The notes: generated by a model from the letters alone, not told the origin. Counted from the stretch's first letter, positions 46,054-57,293 are shown. The stretch: DNA of 64,000 bases from an uncultured Planctomycetaceae bacterium (GCA_963813715.1 CAWFAK010000017.1:288001-352000), one strand, 5' to 3'. Program-made: numbers and translations.

Positions 46054-46944
46054 ATGGGAAAGCTTTGGGCCGTCTCTTTTCTCTTTATCGTCACGCTCGT
46101 CCCGTCGCAGATCTGTCGCGGCGGCAACCCGGTATATGACGAGTTGTTGCGTGGCGGCGTGCCGATCAGCGTTCGCGAAATTGTCCGCCTGCCCGCCCCC
46201 ACGCTCACCGACGGCATGACCGCCGCACAACAGCAGCAAGCGATCGAAGCGATCGCCGACGGCCGCGCGTGGGAGGATCTCACGCGTCGCTCGGTCAATG
46301 CTCCGTTCGTCTTCAAGATCAGCAAGGACGAAATCGATTCGAGCCGATTGGGTCGGCGCGTCGATTTGTGGTTTGTCGCCTATGGCAACATGTCGACGCT
46401 CGAAAACAATGAATGGCTCGAGCGACAGTTCAAGACCACCGGCAACGAGACCGATCCGGACAACGGCGCCGTGGCCAAGGTCGTTCCGGAGAGTGAGCTG
46501 CTTCGTCACGGGCTCAAGGGCCCGCAGAGTGCGGACGATTCGCAGTTTGTTTTCGCCGAGCTGACGCTGTTGGATCGCGTGCGAGTCTCCGTGACGACGC
46601 GCGGCTCGAAGCAAGTAACGCGCGACTCGGTCATTTCCGCGTCACTGCTCGATCCGCGTTTCGCAGCGGACTCCGCCTACGCGAACCGCTGGAAACCGGT
46701 GCTTCGCGATGACAACACGGGCCGCAGATACCTGGGCAAGCCCGAGCCATACTTCGGCTACGGCAGCTACGCCAAGGCGACGCGGCTGCTCGGTCCGTCG
46801 GGCGCGATCCTGATCGAATACCACGCGGCTTTCGCTGAGCCGGAAGGCTGGTTCAACGGCAACAACTATTTGTGCTCGAAGCTGCCGATCCTCGCCCAAA
46901 TGATCGTCCGTCAGCTGCGTCGCGAGCTGGTTAAGAGCCACTGA
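46054..46944 (+). CDS. Hypothetical secreted protein
   Basis: GGAG RBS; signal peptide; long ORF with host-like codon usage. Confidence 0.75.
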   Translation: MGKLWAVSFLFIVTLVPSQICRGGNPVYDELLRGGVPISVREIVRLPAPTLTDGMTAAQQQQAIEAIADGRAWEDLTRRSVNAPFVFKISKDEIDSSRLGRRVDLWFVAYGNMSTLENNEWLERQFKTTGNETDPDNGAVAKVVPESELLRHGLKGPQSADDSQFVFAELTLLDRVRVSVTTRGSKQVTRDSVISASLLDPRFAADSAYANRWKPVLRDDNTGRRYLGKPEPYFGYGSYAKATRLLGPSGAILIEYHAAFAEPEGWFNGNNYLCSKLPILAQMIVRQLRRELVKSH

Positions 46945-46974
46945 CCTCAGGTTACGACCGCGCAGGTCTTTTCT

Positions 46975-47042
46975 TGTAGGGCAGGCTCTGCCTGCCGCTC
47001 GCTACGTCTCGAACACGGACGGCAGGCAGAGCGTGCCCTACA
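46975..47042. repeat. GTAG-type REP doublet, second palindrome family
   Basis: TGTAGGGCAGGCTCTGCCTGCCG ... CGGCAGGCAGAGCGTGCCCTACA. Confidence 0.85.
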
Positions 47043-47150
47043 CGTCCGCGGGATCGCCTCCAAAGTTTCGCCAATGCCTGCGCTGTTGACTCGCTCTCAT
47101 GCGGCGCTTATCACAGACGGCGCCGCGTGCCTTCTTTGCGAGATCCCGCG

Positions 47151-47642
47151 ATGGGCGAAGTTGAACTCCGCGTGAATGGAGTCAGGCACCACGTCCCGGC
47201 CGAGCCCGAGCGAATGCTCCTCGGAGTGCTCCGCGACGAATTGGGGCTGACCGGCAGCAAGTATGGCTGCGGCGAGGGACAATGCGGCGCGTGCACGGTC
47301 GTGCTGGACGGCCGGGCCGTGCGATCGTGCCGCATGGCGCTCTCCGACTGTGCCGAAAAGCCGATCACCACGATCGAAGGGCTCGCGCACGACGGCAAGT
47401 TGCATCCGCTGCAGCAGGCCTTTCTCGATGCCGGGGCGCTGCAGTGCGGCTACTGCATGTCGGGCATGATCATGAACGGCTATGCCCTGCTCTCCAGGCA
47501 CAGCGCACCCACGCGGCAGCAGACTGTGCAGGCAATGGAGGGCAACATTTGTCGCTGCGGCACGTATCAACGCATCCTCGCGGCCATCGACCAGGCGGCT
47601 GAAACGCAGAGAGCGGGCGCGGCGAAGAGGGCCGAGCGATGA
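47151..47642 (+). CDS. [2Fe-2S] small subunit of a xanthine-oxidase-family molybdoenzyme (IorA/CoxS-like)
   Basis: KYGCGEGQCGACTV, RSC, QCGYCMSG, GNICRCGTY. Confidence 0.95.
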   Translation: MGEVELRVNGVRHHVPAEPERMLLGVLRDELGLTGSKYGCGEGQCGACTVVLDGRAVRSCRMALSDCAEKPITTIEGLAHDGKLHPLQQAFLDAGALQCGYCMSGMIMNGYALLSRHSAPTRQQTVQAMEGNICRCGTYQRILAAIDQAAETQRAGAAKRAER

Positions 47643-49888
47643 CCCGCGTGGCCAAAAACTCGCGCCTGTTGACCGCGAGCCAACGCGACGTCCACATCGA
47701 TCTGCCGGCGCTGGATGAGCCGGAGCGATACGAGCTGCGCGAAGAGCCCAAGTATCGCTTCGAGGCAGACCGGCGCGATTTCTTGAAGACGCTCGGCGGA
47801 GGCATTGTGATCTGCCTGGTGACGCGAGTCGCTTGCGCCCAGCGCCCTGGTCGGCGCGGCGGCGGAGGTCGAGGCGGTCGCGGAGGGAACGTGCCGCAGT
47901 CGATCGGTGCCTGGCTCCACTTGAACGAAGCGGGCGAGGTCACCGTCTGCACCGGAAAAGTCGAGATCGGGCAGAATATCCGCACGTCGCTCACGCAGGC
48001 GGTCGCCGAAGAGCTACGCCTGCCGACGAACCGCATTCGCCTGATCATGGCCGATACGGACCTGGTTCCGTATGACTTTGGCACCGCCGGCAGCATGACC
48101 ACGCGCATGATGTCACCACAGCTCCGACGCGTGGCGGCCACCGTGAGAGAGCTGCTCCTCGACCTGGCGGCCAAGGAATTGTCGGTCGATCGCGGCACGC
48201 TGTCGGTCGTCGACGGCACCGTCTCGCACGCAGCCTCGCACCGGTCGCTGACGTTCGGCGAGTTGGCCAAAAAGGGCCAGTTGACCAAAACGATCAGCGA
48301 CGATGCACCGTTGACGCCGGCGAGCCGCTGGCAGGTCGCGGGCACGTCGGTCGCCAAGGTCGACGGCGCAGCGTTCGTCACCGGTCGGCACGAATACGCG
48401 TCCGATGTGCGGCGACCGGGCATGCTGTTCGGCAAGGTGCTCCGGCCCGAGTCGCTGCACGCGAAACTGGTTTCGGTCGATTTCGCGAAGGCGCAGGCCC
48501 TGCCCGGCGTCACCGTGGTGCATGACGGCGATTTCGTCGGCGTGGCGGCGCCCTCCTTGCCTGGCGCGGAGCAAGCCCTCGCGGCCATTACCGCAAAGTG
48601 GAAGGCCGAGACCGTTGTTTCCGACGCCCAGCTGTTCGAGGACCTGAAGAAATCCGAAGGTGGGGGAACCGGGTCGGGCTTCGGCGGCCGATCGAATTAC
48701 TCGCGCGGCAAGATCGAACAGGGGCTGAAGGCGGCCGACCATCGCGTCCAGGCGACCTATACGATTTCGTACATCGCGCACGTGCCGCTCGAGCCGCGGG
48801 CGGCGGTCGCCGAGTGGTCGGGTGAAAAACTCACGGTCTGGACGGGAACGCAGATGCCGTTTCGCGTGCGGAGCGAACTGGCGCGTGCTTTCTCGGTTGC
48901 GGACGAAAGCGTGCGAGTGATCGTCCCCGATATGGGTTCCGGATACGGCGGCAAGCACACGGGTGAATCAGCCCTCGAAGCGGCCCGCCTTGCCAAGGCA
49001 GCCGGCAAACCGGTGAAACTGAATTGGACTCGCCAGGAAGAGTTCACCTGGGCCTATTTCCGGCCGGCCGGCGTCATCGAAGTTTCGGCCGGCGTGAAAA
49101 AGGACGGCACGATCACCGCCTGGGAGTTTCATAACTACAACTCGGGCGGCTCGGCCATTCGTCCCCTTTACGAGATCGCGCATCAGCGGGTTGCCTATCA
49201 CCCCAGCGATGCCCCCTTGCGGCAGGGCTCCTATCGGGCGCTGGCAGCGACGGCCAACCACTTCGCCCGCGAATGCCACATCGACGACTTGGCCCACGCG
49301 GCAGGCATCGATCCGCTGGCGCTCCGGCTGAAGAACCTGAAGGACGAGCGGCAGCGGGCCGTCCTCGAAGCGGCCGCCCAGAAGTTCGGCTGGGGACCCC
49401 AGAACAAGCCGTCGGCGGAACGCGGCTTCGGCCTGGCCTGCGGTTCCGAGAAGGGAAGCTATGTCGCCACGTGTGCCGAGGTGTCGATCAATCCCCAAAA
49501 CGGCAAGGTCCACGTCGAGCGGGCGGTGACGGCGTTTGAGTGCGGGGCGATCATCAATCCCGAAAACTTGCGGAACCAGTGCGAGGGCGCGTTGATGATG
49601 GGCCTGGGCGGCGCGCTCTTCGAGGCGATCCGTTTCGACGAGGACAAGATCCGGAACCCGAAGCTCTCGCTCTACCGCGTTCCCCGATTTGCCGATCTGC
49701 CGACAATCGAGATCGTGCTCGTCGATCGCAAGGATCTCCCCTCCGTCGGCGCCGGCGAAACTCCGATCGTCGCCATCGCCCCAGCCATCGGCAACGCCAT
49801 CTTCCAAGCCACGGGGAAACGACTGACTTCGATGCCGATGGCGCCGCGGGCTGCCGAGTTAGTTGGCCGTCGCTCTCGGTCGCATTGA
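47639..49888 (+). CDS. Molybdopterin-binding large subunit (IorB-like), Tat-like motif
   Basis: RRDFLK, KVEIGQNIRTSL, GTAGSMTT, HVPLEP, GSGYGGK, GAIINP, GAGE..I...APAIGNAIF. Confidence 0.92.
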   Translation: MTRVAKNSRLLTASQRDVHIDLPALDEPERYELREEPKYRFEADRRDFLKTLGGGIVICLVTRVACAQRPGRRGGGGRGGRGGNVPQSIGAWLHLNEAGEVTVCTGKVEIGQNIRTSLTQAVAEELRLPTNRIRLIMADTDLVPYDFGTAGSMTTRMMSPQLRRVAATVRELLLDLAAKELSVDRGTLSVVDGTVSHAASHRSLTFGELAKKGQLTKTISDDAPLTPASRWQVAGTSVAKVDGAAFVTGRHEYASDVRRPGMLFGKVLRPESLHAKLVSVDFAKAQALPGVTVVHDGDFVGVAAPSLPGAEQALAAITAKWKAETVVSDAQLFEDLKKSEGGGTGSGFGGRSNYSRGKIEQGLKAADHRVQATYTISYIAHVPLEPRAAVAEWSGEKLTVWTGTQMPFRVRSELARAFSVADESVRVIVPDMGSGYGGKHTGESALEAARLAKAAGKPVKLNWTRQEEFTWAYFRPAGVIEVSAGVKKDGTITAWEFHNYNSGGSAIRPLYEIAHQRVAYHPSDAPLRQGSYRALAATANHFARECHIDDLAHAAGIDPLALRLKNLKDERQRAVLEAAAQKFGWGPQNKPSAERGFGLACGSEKGSYVATCAEVSINPQNGKVHVERAVTAFECGAIINPENLRNQCEGALMMGLGGALFEAIRFDEDKIRNPKLSLYRVPRFADLPTIEIVLVDRKDLPSVGAGETPIVAIAPAIGNAIFQATGKRLTSMPMAPRAAELVGRRSRSH

Positions 49889-50023
49889 TTCTGTCGGGTT
49901 GCCATCTGTCAGGTTGCCAAACGGGCACAAAGCCCACGAAGGACGCGTTGACTTGCACGGGCGAGACTCCTTCGCGACCTTGTGACGCTGACGATCTCTC
50001 CTAGGCGCTAAGAAGGAAGCAAA

Positions 50024-51443
50024 ATGCCCCTGCATCGCGTGCGGAAGTCCGGTCGGCGTCAGCACACGGATTCGGACGACATCTATACCGCGGCCGTTCT
50101 CGGCGCGTCCTTGCCGCGAGACCGGTTCCCCAAGCAGGAGGCTCCGGGCGACCAGATTTACGCTGCGCTTCACGACGAATTGCTCCTCGACGGCAACTCC
50201 CGGCAGAACCTGGCGACGTTCTGCCAGACGTGGGTCGAGCCCGAAATTCGCAAGCTGATGGACGACTGCATCGACAAAAACATGATCGACAAGGAGGAGT
50301 ATCCGCAGACAGCCGAGATCGAATCGCGCTGCGTGCACATGCTGGCCGACTTGTGGAATGCTCCCGATTTCGAGACCACGATCGGCTGCTCGACGACCGG
50401 GTCGAGCGAAGCGGCCATGCTCGGCGGCCTGGCCCTCAAGTGGAAGTGGCGCGAAGGCGCCACCGCGCCGGCAAGCCGGCCGATCGCCCGAATTTGATCT
50501 CCGGCCCGGTGCAGATCTGCTGGCACAAATTCGCCCGCTATTTCGACGTCGAGCTGCGGGAAGTTCCCGTCGAGCGCGGCCGTCTGCTCCTCTCGCCGGA
50601 CGAAGTCGTCAAGCGCTGCGACGAAAATACGATCGGCGTGGTGCCGACGCTCGGTCTCACCTTCACACTGCAATACGAACCCGTGCAGCAAATCTCCGCC
50701 GCGCTCGATGCCCTGCAGCAGCGCAGGGATTGGACATTCCAATTCACGTCGATGCGGCCAGCGGCGGGTTCTTAGCCCCGTTTGTCGAGCCCAAGCTGGT
50801 CTGGGATTTCCGGCTGCCGCGGGTCAAATCGATCAACTCGTCGGGACACAAGTACGGACTGGCTCCGCTCGGCTGCGGCTGGATCATTTGGCGGGAGGAG
50901 GCCGACCTGCCCAAGGACCTGGTGTTCGACGTGAATTATCTCGGCGGCCACCTGCCGACGTTCGCCCTCAACTTTTCACGGCCCGGGGGGCAGATCGTCT
51001 GCCAGTACTACAACTTCCTTCGCCTTGGCCGCGAGGGGTACCGCAAGATTCAGCAGGCCTGCTATGACACGTCGGCCTGGCTGGGGACGGAGATCGCGAA
51101 GCTCGGGCCGTTCGAGCCGATCTACACCGGCCACGGCGGTATCCCCGGCGTGACCTGGACGCAAAAACCGGATCCCAACGCACCCTATACGCTCTACGAC
51201 CTGGCGGACCGGCTGCGGACGCGGGGCTGGCAAGTGCCGGCGTATGCGATGCCGGCCAATTGTGAAGACTTGGTTGTGCAGCGAATTCTGGTGCGGCATG
51301 GCTTCAGCCGCGACATGGCCGGTTTGCTCCTCGACGATCTGTCGCGAGCGATGAAATACTTCGAGGCCCATCCGGTTTCGCGACCACTCACCGCGGCGGA
51401 ATCGACGGGATTCAACCACTCGGGCGTGCGGCCGAAGGCCTAA
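50024..51443 (+). CDS. gadB: Glutamate decarboxylase (PLP-dependent); frameshifts near 50460 and 50725
   Basis: [73 protein letters not shown]. Confidence 0.93.
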
Positions 51444-51471
51444 GAGATTTGAGCTGCCAAGCGATACCCGA

Positions 51472-51900
51472 ATGAAGCTGGGAACGGTGACCAAATCCGA
51501 TATCACAGCCATTGGTGAAATCCCGCGCTCAGTGGTTCGCATCTTATGGGCCGACGACTTCTACGATGTCCCATTGCGAGGAATCGCCGACGTCCGCGGT
51601 AGCCGCTATCTGTATGACGTCGTTGATCGCAGCATGCTCGGCACGGAAGAAGACGAGTCGCTCATCTACTGGCTAATCGCTCTCAGCCCTGAGCAGTTGC
51701 AGGAGGAGGAAGGGTGGCACGACCTCTTCTGCCGCAAAATGGCAACACATTTTGATTTTACGGGGCGACCGGCGCCATCCACGGAAGACGTGTCCCTCGA
51801 CGACTTCTACGAGCCGTACCGCCTTCGGGCTCAGCCGGATTACGCTAGCAACGAAGTGATAGGCTGGTTTCGATTATCAGAAGCGACCGCGCCCGATCGC
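51472..51900 (+). CDS. Hypothetical protein (about 140 aa) reading in frame into the downstream hydratase; end uncertain
   Basis: ILWADDFYDVPLRG...LSPEQLQEEEGWHDLF...FYEPY...NEVIGWF; lower GC than neighbours. Confidence 0.55.
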
Positions 51901-51981
51901 GCGCTGGAGCGGACGACGGGGACACTTAGGCTTTCTGGGGTTGATCCCTCGCCCCTGGGTGCTGCTGAGGAAAAGAAACGA

Positions 51982-52812
51982 ATGAGCGACGTCGTTGTCG
52001 AATCCTCACCGGGATCTCTGGTCGTTGTCTCGACGCACAAAGTCGACGGCGGCGCGATCCTTGAGATCGTCATCAATCGCCCCGAGGTGCATAACGCGGT
52101 CAACGGCACGGCCGCCAAGTTGCTGCTCGAAGCGTGGCGCCGATTTCGGGACGACGATTCGCTCACCGTGGCCATCCTCCGTGGCGCGGGGGAAAAAGCA
52201 TTTTGCTCGGGGGCCGATTTGTCGGGGCTCGACGCGCTGGCTGACCTCGGCGCGTTGCGCGACGAGATTGCGAAATTCGTCAGCGAGGGAACGGGCCCGA
52301 TGGGGGGCTCGCGCATCGTGCAGTCCAAACCCGTGATCACCGTTACGCAAGGTTTCACTTACGCGGGCGGACTGGAGCTGTTTTGCCACGGCCACATTCG
52401 GCTGGCGGAGCCGCGGGCGACCTTTTCGGTCGCGTGCCGCCGGTGGGGAGTGCCGCTGGTCGACGGCGGCACCGTCTACTTGCCCCGGCTGATTGGCTGG
52501 GGGGCCGCGTTACCGTTGATCATCACGGGGCAGCGGATTTCGGCCGAGCGGGCTTTTCAAGTTGGCTTGGTCTGGGAACTCGTGCCGCAAGGTGACGGCG
52601 TGGAACGCGCATTTTCGATGGCCCGCCAGATTTGCCAGCAACCGCGCGACGCGATGCTGGCCGATCTGCAGTCGGCGCTCGCCGGATGGCACCAGCCGCT
52701 CGGCGCGGCCTTACGTCTGGAGGCCAGTAACCTGCATCCCGTGATGAACAGCGAGAGCACGCGGCGTGGCGTCGAGGCGTTTCGCCAAGGCCAGCGGTTC
52801 TGGTTCACGTGA
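51982..52812 (+). CDS. Enoyl-CoA hydratase/isomerase family protein
   Basis: INRPEVHNAV, AFCSGADL, KPVI, AGGLEL, WGVPLVDGGT, ITGQRISAERA. Confidence 0.9.
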   Translation: MSDVVVESSPGSLVVVSTHKVDGGAILEIVINRPEVHNAVNGTAAKLLLEAWRRFRDDDSLTVAILRGAGEKAFCSGADLSGLDALADLGALRDEIAKFVSEGTGPMGGSRIVQSKPVITVTQGFTYAGGLELFCHGHIRLAEPRATFSVACRRWGVPLVDGGTVYLPRLIGWGAALPLIITGQRISAERAFQVGLVWELVPQGDGVERAFSMARQICQQPRDAMLADLQSALAGWHQPLGAALRLEASNLHPVMNSESTRRGVEAFRQGQRFWFT

Positions 52813-52873
52813 GCGGTCACCACCAGTCGCTCGTCCCGTGATTCCGGACGATTTGGCACATCACTCCCCGCGA

Positions 52874-53368
52874 TCACCGCGACAGCAGCCAATTGACGAC
52901 GAGCGCGATGACGAATCCCCAGAGCAGAAATTCGGCCACTCGCGGCCCCTCCCATCGCGACGTGCGACCGGTCAGCCGCCATGTCCGGTAGGGAATCTGG
53001 AAGGCGATTGCCGCGAGCACGAGCCAGCCGAGTCGATGCGTGGTCCACGATTTGGTCAGTCGCCCGTGCAGTAGATGAGTCACGCTCCGCGTCATGCCGC
53101 AGCCGGGACATGAGACGCCGAATAGTCGACGCGACGGGCAAACGACCGGAAACGTGATCGCCGGAGCCGACGCCATGCCAATCGCTCCCTCTGACCCGAC
53201 GTCGACAATCGCTCCGCCGGCGACAAACAGACACGCACCGACGAGCACGATCCAGTGCCAGCGCGTCTCGGCGGGCGCGGTCGCCGTGGTCGGACCGAGC
53301 GAGTCGGCGTCTGGCCGGTCGGTCGCGAAGGGATCGTTCGTCGGATGGCCCGTTGGATCTGCCTGCAT
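52874..53368 (-). CDS. DUF2752-like membrane protein
   Basis: CPSRRLFGVSCPGCGMTRS motif with flanking TM helices. Confidence 0.8.
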   Translation of the reverse strand: MQADPTGHPTNDPFATDRPDADSLGPTTATAPAETRWHWIVLVGACLFVAGGAIVDVGSEGAIGMASAPAITFPVVCPSRRLFGVSCPGCGMTRSVTHLLHGRLTKSWTTHRLGWLVLAAIAFQIPYRTWRLTGRTSRWEGPRVAEFLLWGFVIALVVNWLLSR

Positions 53369-53472
53369 AACTCCAGTATTCTGAGTCGTCGCCCTGGGCC
53401 GGGCAACTCCCGGATTCAAATGAGCAACAGTGACACGGCTTGTGAGTCGGACGGAGAGCGCAAAGCGGATTC

Positions 53473-54293
53473 ATGCGTTACGAGTTGAAGCCACTCGGCG
53501 TCGGCGGCATCCTCGACCAGACGGTTCGGATCGTCAAAGACCGCTTCGGCCTGTTTCTGGCGATCGTCTTCTGCGTGCGTATTCCGGCAACCGCTGTCCT
53601 GCAATACCTCTCCGCCACGAACCTGCTAGAAATGCCTCGGACGCCGACCGACGCCCAAATGAACGAGTTCTTCGTGCACATGGGTCGGTTTTACCTTTAC
53701 GTCTTGCTGCCGGCAGCGCTGATCGACTTGTTGGTCGTCTCGCCGCTGACTAACGGCGCCCTGATCTTTGCCACGTCACGGATTTACCTCGGCGAAGCGC
53801 CGACGTTCTGGGACGCGGTGCGGGCGGCGCTCGGCGCTACTTCGCGTTCGTGTGGACGTCGATCCTGTTTGCCGTGCTCCTTCTGTGCGGCTTTGCCTGC
53901 TGCTTCCTGCCGGGAATTCTGGTCCTGCTTCGCTATTCGCTGTGTACGACGGCCACGGTCCTGGAACGGGTGTCGGGCACGCGGGCCCTCAGCCGCGGCA
54001 GCGACTTGATGAAAGGTGCCGGAAACTCGAACTACTTGAAGCTGTTGCTGTTGTACCTTGTGATGGTGATGATTCAGGCGGGGATCAACGGCGGCGCCTA
54101 TTTCATCCCGCAGCTGCACGTGCAAGTTTTGGCCATCGCGATCCTGGGATCGATCACCTACACGTTTGCCGTGGTCGCGCTCGTGATCTTCTATTACTCC
54201 TGCCGGTGCAGTAACGAAGGATTCGATCTTTTGCATTTGGCGCGGATCGTGGCGGAAACGCCGGCCGAACAGCCGGTCCTGTCGCAGGGATGA
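53473..54293 (+). CDS. Polytopic membrane protein heading the MoxR operon; frameshift near 53835
   Basis: LKPLGVGGILD, several TM helices, VLER...ALSRGSDLMKG, YYSCRCSNEGFDL. Confidence 0.75.
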
Positions 54294-54297
54294 ACGC

Positions 54298-54996
54298 ATG
54301 ACAATCCCCGGCAGCCTGGTCCTCGCGGCGACGCCCGCGTCACCCAGCGGACCGCTTCCCGATGCGCAAATCGTGCGGCAGACCGCCCGCGAAGTGCTGG
54401 CCCGCCCGGAATACCGCCTCGATGCTGCGCCCGATTTCAGCGACGCGATCGCCGCGTTTTGGGACCTGGTCCGTCGGGTGCTCGACCTGCTGCATTCCCT
54501 GTTCGATCGCCTGTACGACATGTCCCCGCTGCTAGCCTATGGTCTCACTCTGGCCCTGGTCATTTCGCTCGTACTTTTGGTCGGCCACATGTCGTGGACC
54601 GTGATGACGGTCGTTCGCGGGGACCGGCGGAGCCTCGATTTGCTGGCAGAGGCCACGCGCCGCAAAGTCGATCCGGCCCAACTCGCGCACGAGGCCGACG
54701 ATGCCGGGGCGCGCGGCAATTACATCCTGGGCGTGCGGCTGCTCTATCGGGCATGCCTGGCGCGGCTTGAGCAAGCGGAAGAAAAGCCTTTTCGGCCGGG
54801 GGCGACCAATCGCGAACATCTCAATCGATATCGGTCGACGCCTCTTTACGACGCGCTGAACCGCCTGGTTTCGATGATCGATCTGAAGTGGTACGGGGAC
54901 GAGCCGTGCCTGGCGAGCGATTTTGCCGAATGCCGCGACGCGTACGAGCGCATCTCGTCGCTCTCGCGGGGGAGAGCGCATGCTCACCACGCGTAA
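54298..54996 (+). CDS. DUF4129 domain protein
   Basis: GVRLLYRACLARL...TNREHL...WYG; operon context. Confidence 0.8.
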   Translation: MTIPGSLVLAATPASPSGPLPDAQIVRQTAREVLARPEYRLDAAPDFSDAIAAFWDLVRRVLDLLHSLFDRLYDMSPLLAYGLTLALVISLVLLVGHMSWTVMTVVRGDRRSLDLLAEATRRKVDPAQLAHEADDAGARGNYILGVRLLYRACLARLEQAEEKPFRPGATNREHLNRYRSTPLYDALNRLVSMIDLKWYGDEPCLASDFAECRDAYERISSLSRGRAHAHHA

Positions 54997-56368
54997 CGTC
55001 GTAACCCTGGTGATCGCCGTGAGTGTGATCTCGCTGGTCAGTGCGTGCGTGTCGCTCATCGGATCGCCGACGAGTGGCGTCACCGGTCGGGACAGTTTCG
55101 GCACGCACGCCTACGGATATCGAGGGCTCTTCGAGACGTTGGAAGCCTTGCACGTTCCCGTCGAGCGCGAGCTCGTGCCACCCGACGGCCGCGCTCGGCG
55201 GGAGCTGACGTTGGCGATTTTCGAGCCTGACCCGGTGATCGTGACAAGCGAACCGGCTTACTTACACCGGGTGGCCGCCTGGGTCGAAGAGGGCGGCACC
55301 GTGGTGGTCGCCCCGTCCGTCACCAAGCCGGAACGAATGACCTGGCCGCTGCAGGACTGGCCGCCGAAAAGTCCGTTGGAGGAGCTTTCGCTCTCGCAGA
55401 TCGACACGGACGTGTTTCACTCACGCGACGAAGTGCTCACCGAAGACGACGACGATGCGGACGAATCGCCGCGAAAATCGAAGAAGGCGGAGTCGGCGAA
55501 AACTCGGCGTTCGGCCCGGCAGGTCGCGGACCAGGCGCTCGATCTGGCCGTTGGACAGGCACCGGACGTTCCCGTCTCGTTCGTCAAGGCGACCGTCGAT
55601 GGCGACCTGGCGACCCAGTTTCCCCGCGGTCTCGAGTTGGCGGTGCCGGCCAAGGGGCTCCACGTGATCACCGAACTGGGTCGAATCAAAGGCAGCCACG
55701 TGCGAGCAGTTTTGGAGCCGGGGGGCGAGCCGCAGATTCTGGCCGCCCTCTATCCGCACGACCGCGGTTCGATCGCCGTGGTGGCCGACGCGCGTCTCGC
55801 GCAAAACTCGCTCGTGTGGCGCGGCGACAATGCGGTGTTGATGGCCCATCTGCTGGTCGACCCGCGGCACCCTGTGATCTTCGACGAGTTTTATCACGGT
55901 CGCACCGTTCGTTCGAATCCGCTGTGGCTGTCCACACGCTTTCCCTACAACGCGCTCGCGCTCACGACGCTGGGTGTCACGCTGCTCGTCGGCTGGCGGG
56001 CCGCCCGAGCCTTGGGTCCGCCCATCCCGCGGCGCGTTCCCTCGCGACGAACGCTGGCCGAGTATATTGAGGCGATGGCGCGACTGCTCAATCGTTCGCG
56101 GCGTCCGGTTCCCTATTTGCTCAACGAGTTGCGCCAGGGACTGCTGTGGCGGGTGAGACGCGAGCTGAATCAACCTCCCGGACTCCAAGATACGGACAAG
56201 CTGCTGCAGGTGCTGTGCCGCCGCGATCCGCTCATGGCCGACCAGCTCAAAGACGCCCTGCAGGCCATCGATCAAAGTCTCCGATCGCCGTCCCTCGATT
56301 CGACCACGATAAAGGCAACTCTGGCAAAGGTTTCGCGCTGTGCCGCTGTCCCTCGACGAACTGTTTAA
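54980..56368 (+). CDS. DUF4350 domain protein
   Basis: GYRGLFETL, WVEEGGTVVV, DNAVL, FDEFYHG, EYIEAMARL; operon context. Confidence 0.75.
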   Translation: MLTTRNVVTLVIAVSVISLVSACVSLIGSPTSGVTGRDSFGTHAYGYRGLFETLEALHVPVERELVPPDGRARRELTLAIFEPDPVIVTSEPAYLHRVAAWVEEGGTVVVAPSVTKPERMTWPLQDWPPKSPLEELSLSQIDTDVFHSRDEVLTEDDDDADESPRKSKKAESAKTRRSARQVADQALDLAVGQAPDVPVSFVKATVDGDLATQFPRGLELAVPAKGLHVITELGRIKGSHVRAVLEPGGEPQILAALYPHDRGSIAVVADARLAQNSLVWRGDNAVLMAHLLVDPRHPVIFDEFYHGRTVRSNPLWLSTRFPYNALALTTLGVTLLVGWRAARALGPPIPRRVPSRRTLAEYIEAMARLLNRSRRPVPYLLNELRQGLLWRVRRELNQPPGLQDTDKLLQVLCRRDPLMADQLKDALQAIDQSLRSPSLDSTTIKATLAKVSRCAAVPRRTV

Positions 56369-57293
56369 ATCGGCCCGCACCGCCATCGAGGCGGTCGTCT
56401 TCGGGCAGGACGACGCCGTGGAATTCGGCCTGGCCGCGCTCTTCAGCAGCGGCCACGTCCTCTTGGAGGGACCGCCGGGCACTGCCAAGACGCTGCTTGT
56501 GCGGTCGATCGCCGCGACGTTGCGGCTCGACTATCGCCGGATCCAAATGACTCCCGACTTATTGCCCGGCGACATCACCGGCTCCTCGATCTACCGCGAG
56601 AACACGGGCTCGTTCGAGTTCGTGCGGGGCCCAATCTTTACCAACTTCCTGCTGGCCGACGAAGTCAACCGCGCGTCGGCCCGCACGCAATCGGCCATGC
56701 TCGAGGCGATGCAGGAGCTGGCGGTCACGCACGACGGCGTCACGCACCCGCTGCCGAGCCCATTCGTGACTTTTGCCACGCAAAACCCGGTCGAGCAGGA
56801 AGGCACGTACCCGCTCCCGCTGGCCCAGCTGGATCGCTTCATGTTCAAGGTGCAGGTCGGCTATCCCAGCCCGCAGGCCGAGGAGCGCGTGCTCCGCGAG
56901 CACCACGCGACGGGCGCGGTCACCGGGCCGCAGGCGCTGGGCATTACGCCGGTCGTCGAAGGGGACGATATCAACCGGGCGCGGGAAATCATTCGGCAGA
57001 CTCATGTGCGCGAGGAAGTGATCGGCTATGTGCGGCGCTTGGTCGAGGCCACGCGACGGGACGATTCGCTGACCGTCGGCGCGAGTCCGCGGGCGGGGCT
57101 CATGCTCTTGATGGGGGCGAAAAGCCTGGCGCGGTTTGCCGGCCGCGACTTTGTCACTCCCGACGACATCAAGCGGGCCTTCCTGCCCGTGTTGCGACAC
57201 CGCATGGTCCTCAGCCCGCATTCGGAGCTGGAGGGGACCAAGAGTGACGACGTCCTCGCGCAGATTCTCGATACGGTCGAAGTGCCGCGATGA
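56340..57293 (+). CDS. MoxR-family AAA+ ATPase
   Basis: GHVLLEGPPGTAKT, RIQMTPDLLPGDITG, LADEVNR, ATQNPVEQEGTYPLP.AQLDRF, GASPR. Confidence 0.95.
   Translation: MPLSLDELFKSARTAIEAVVFGQDDAVEFGLAALFSSGHVLLEGPPGTAKTLLVRSIAATLRLDYRRIQMTPDLLPGDITGSSIYRENTGSFEFVRGPIFTNFLLADEVNRASARTQSAMLEAMQELAVTHDGVTHPLPSPFVTFATQNPVEQEGTYPLPLAQLDRFMFKVQVGYPSPQAEERVLREHHATGAVTGPQALGITPVVEGDDINRAREIIRQTHVREEVIGYVRRLVEATRRDDSLTVGASPRAGLMLLMGAKSLARFAGRDFVTPDDIKRAFLPVLRHRMVLSPHSELEGTKSDDVLAQILDTVEVPR

Noticed and set aside
50024..51443. Complete Gad acid-resistance operon
   Set aside because: No GadC-like antiporter or glutaminase is adjacent; the APC permeases about 10 kb away cannot be assigned this role from sequence.
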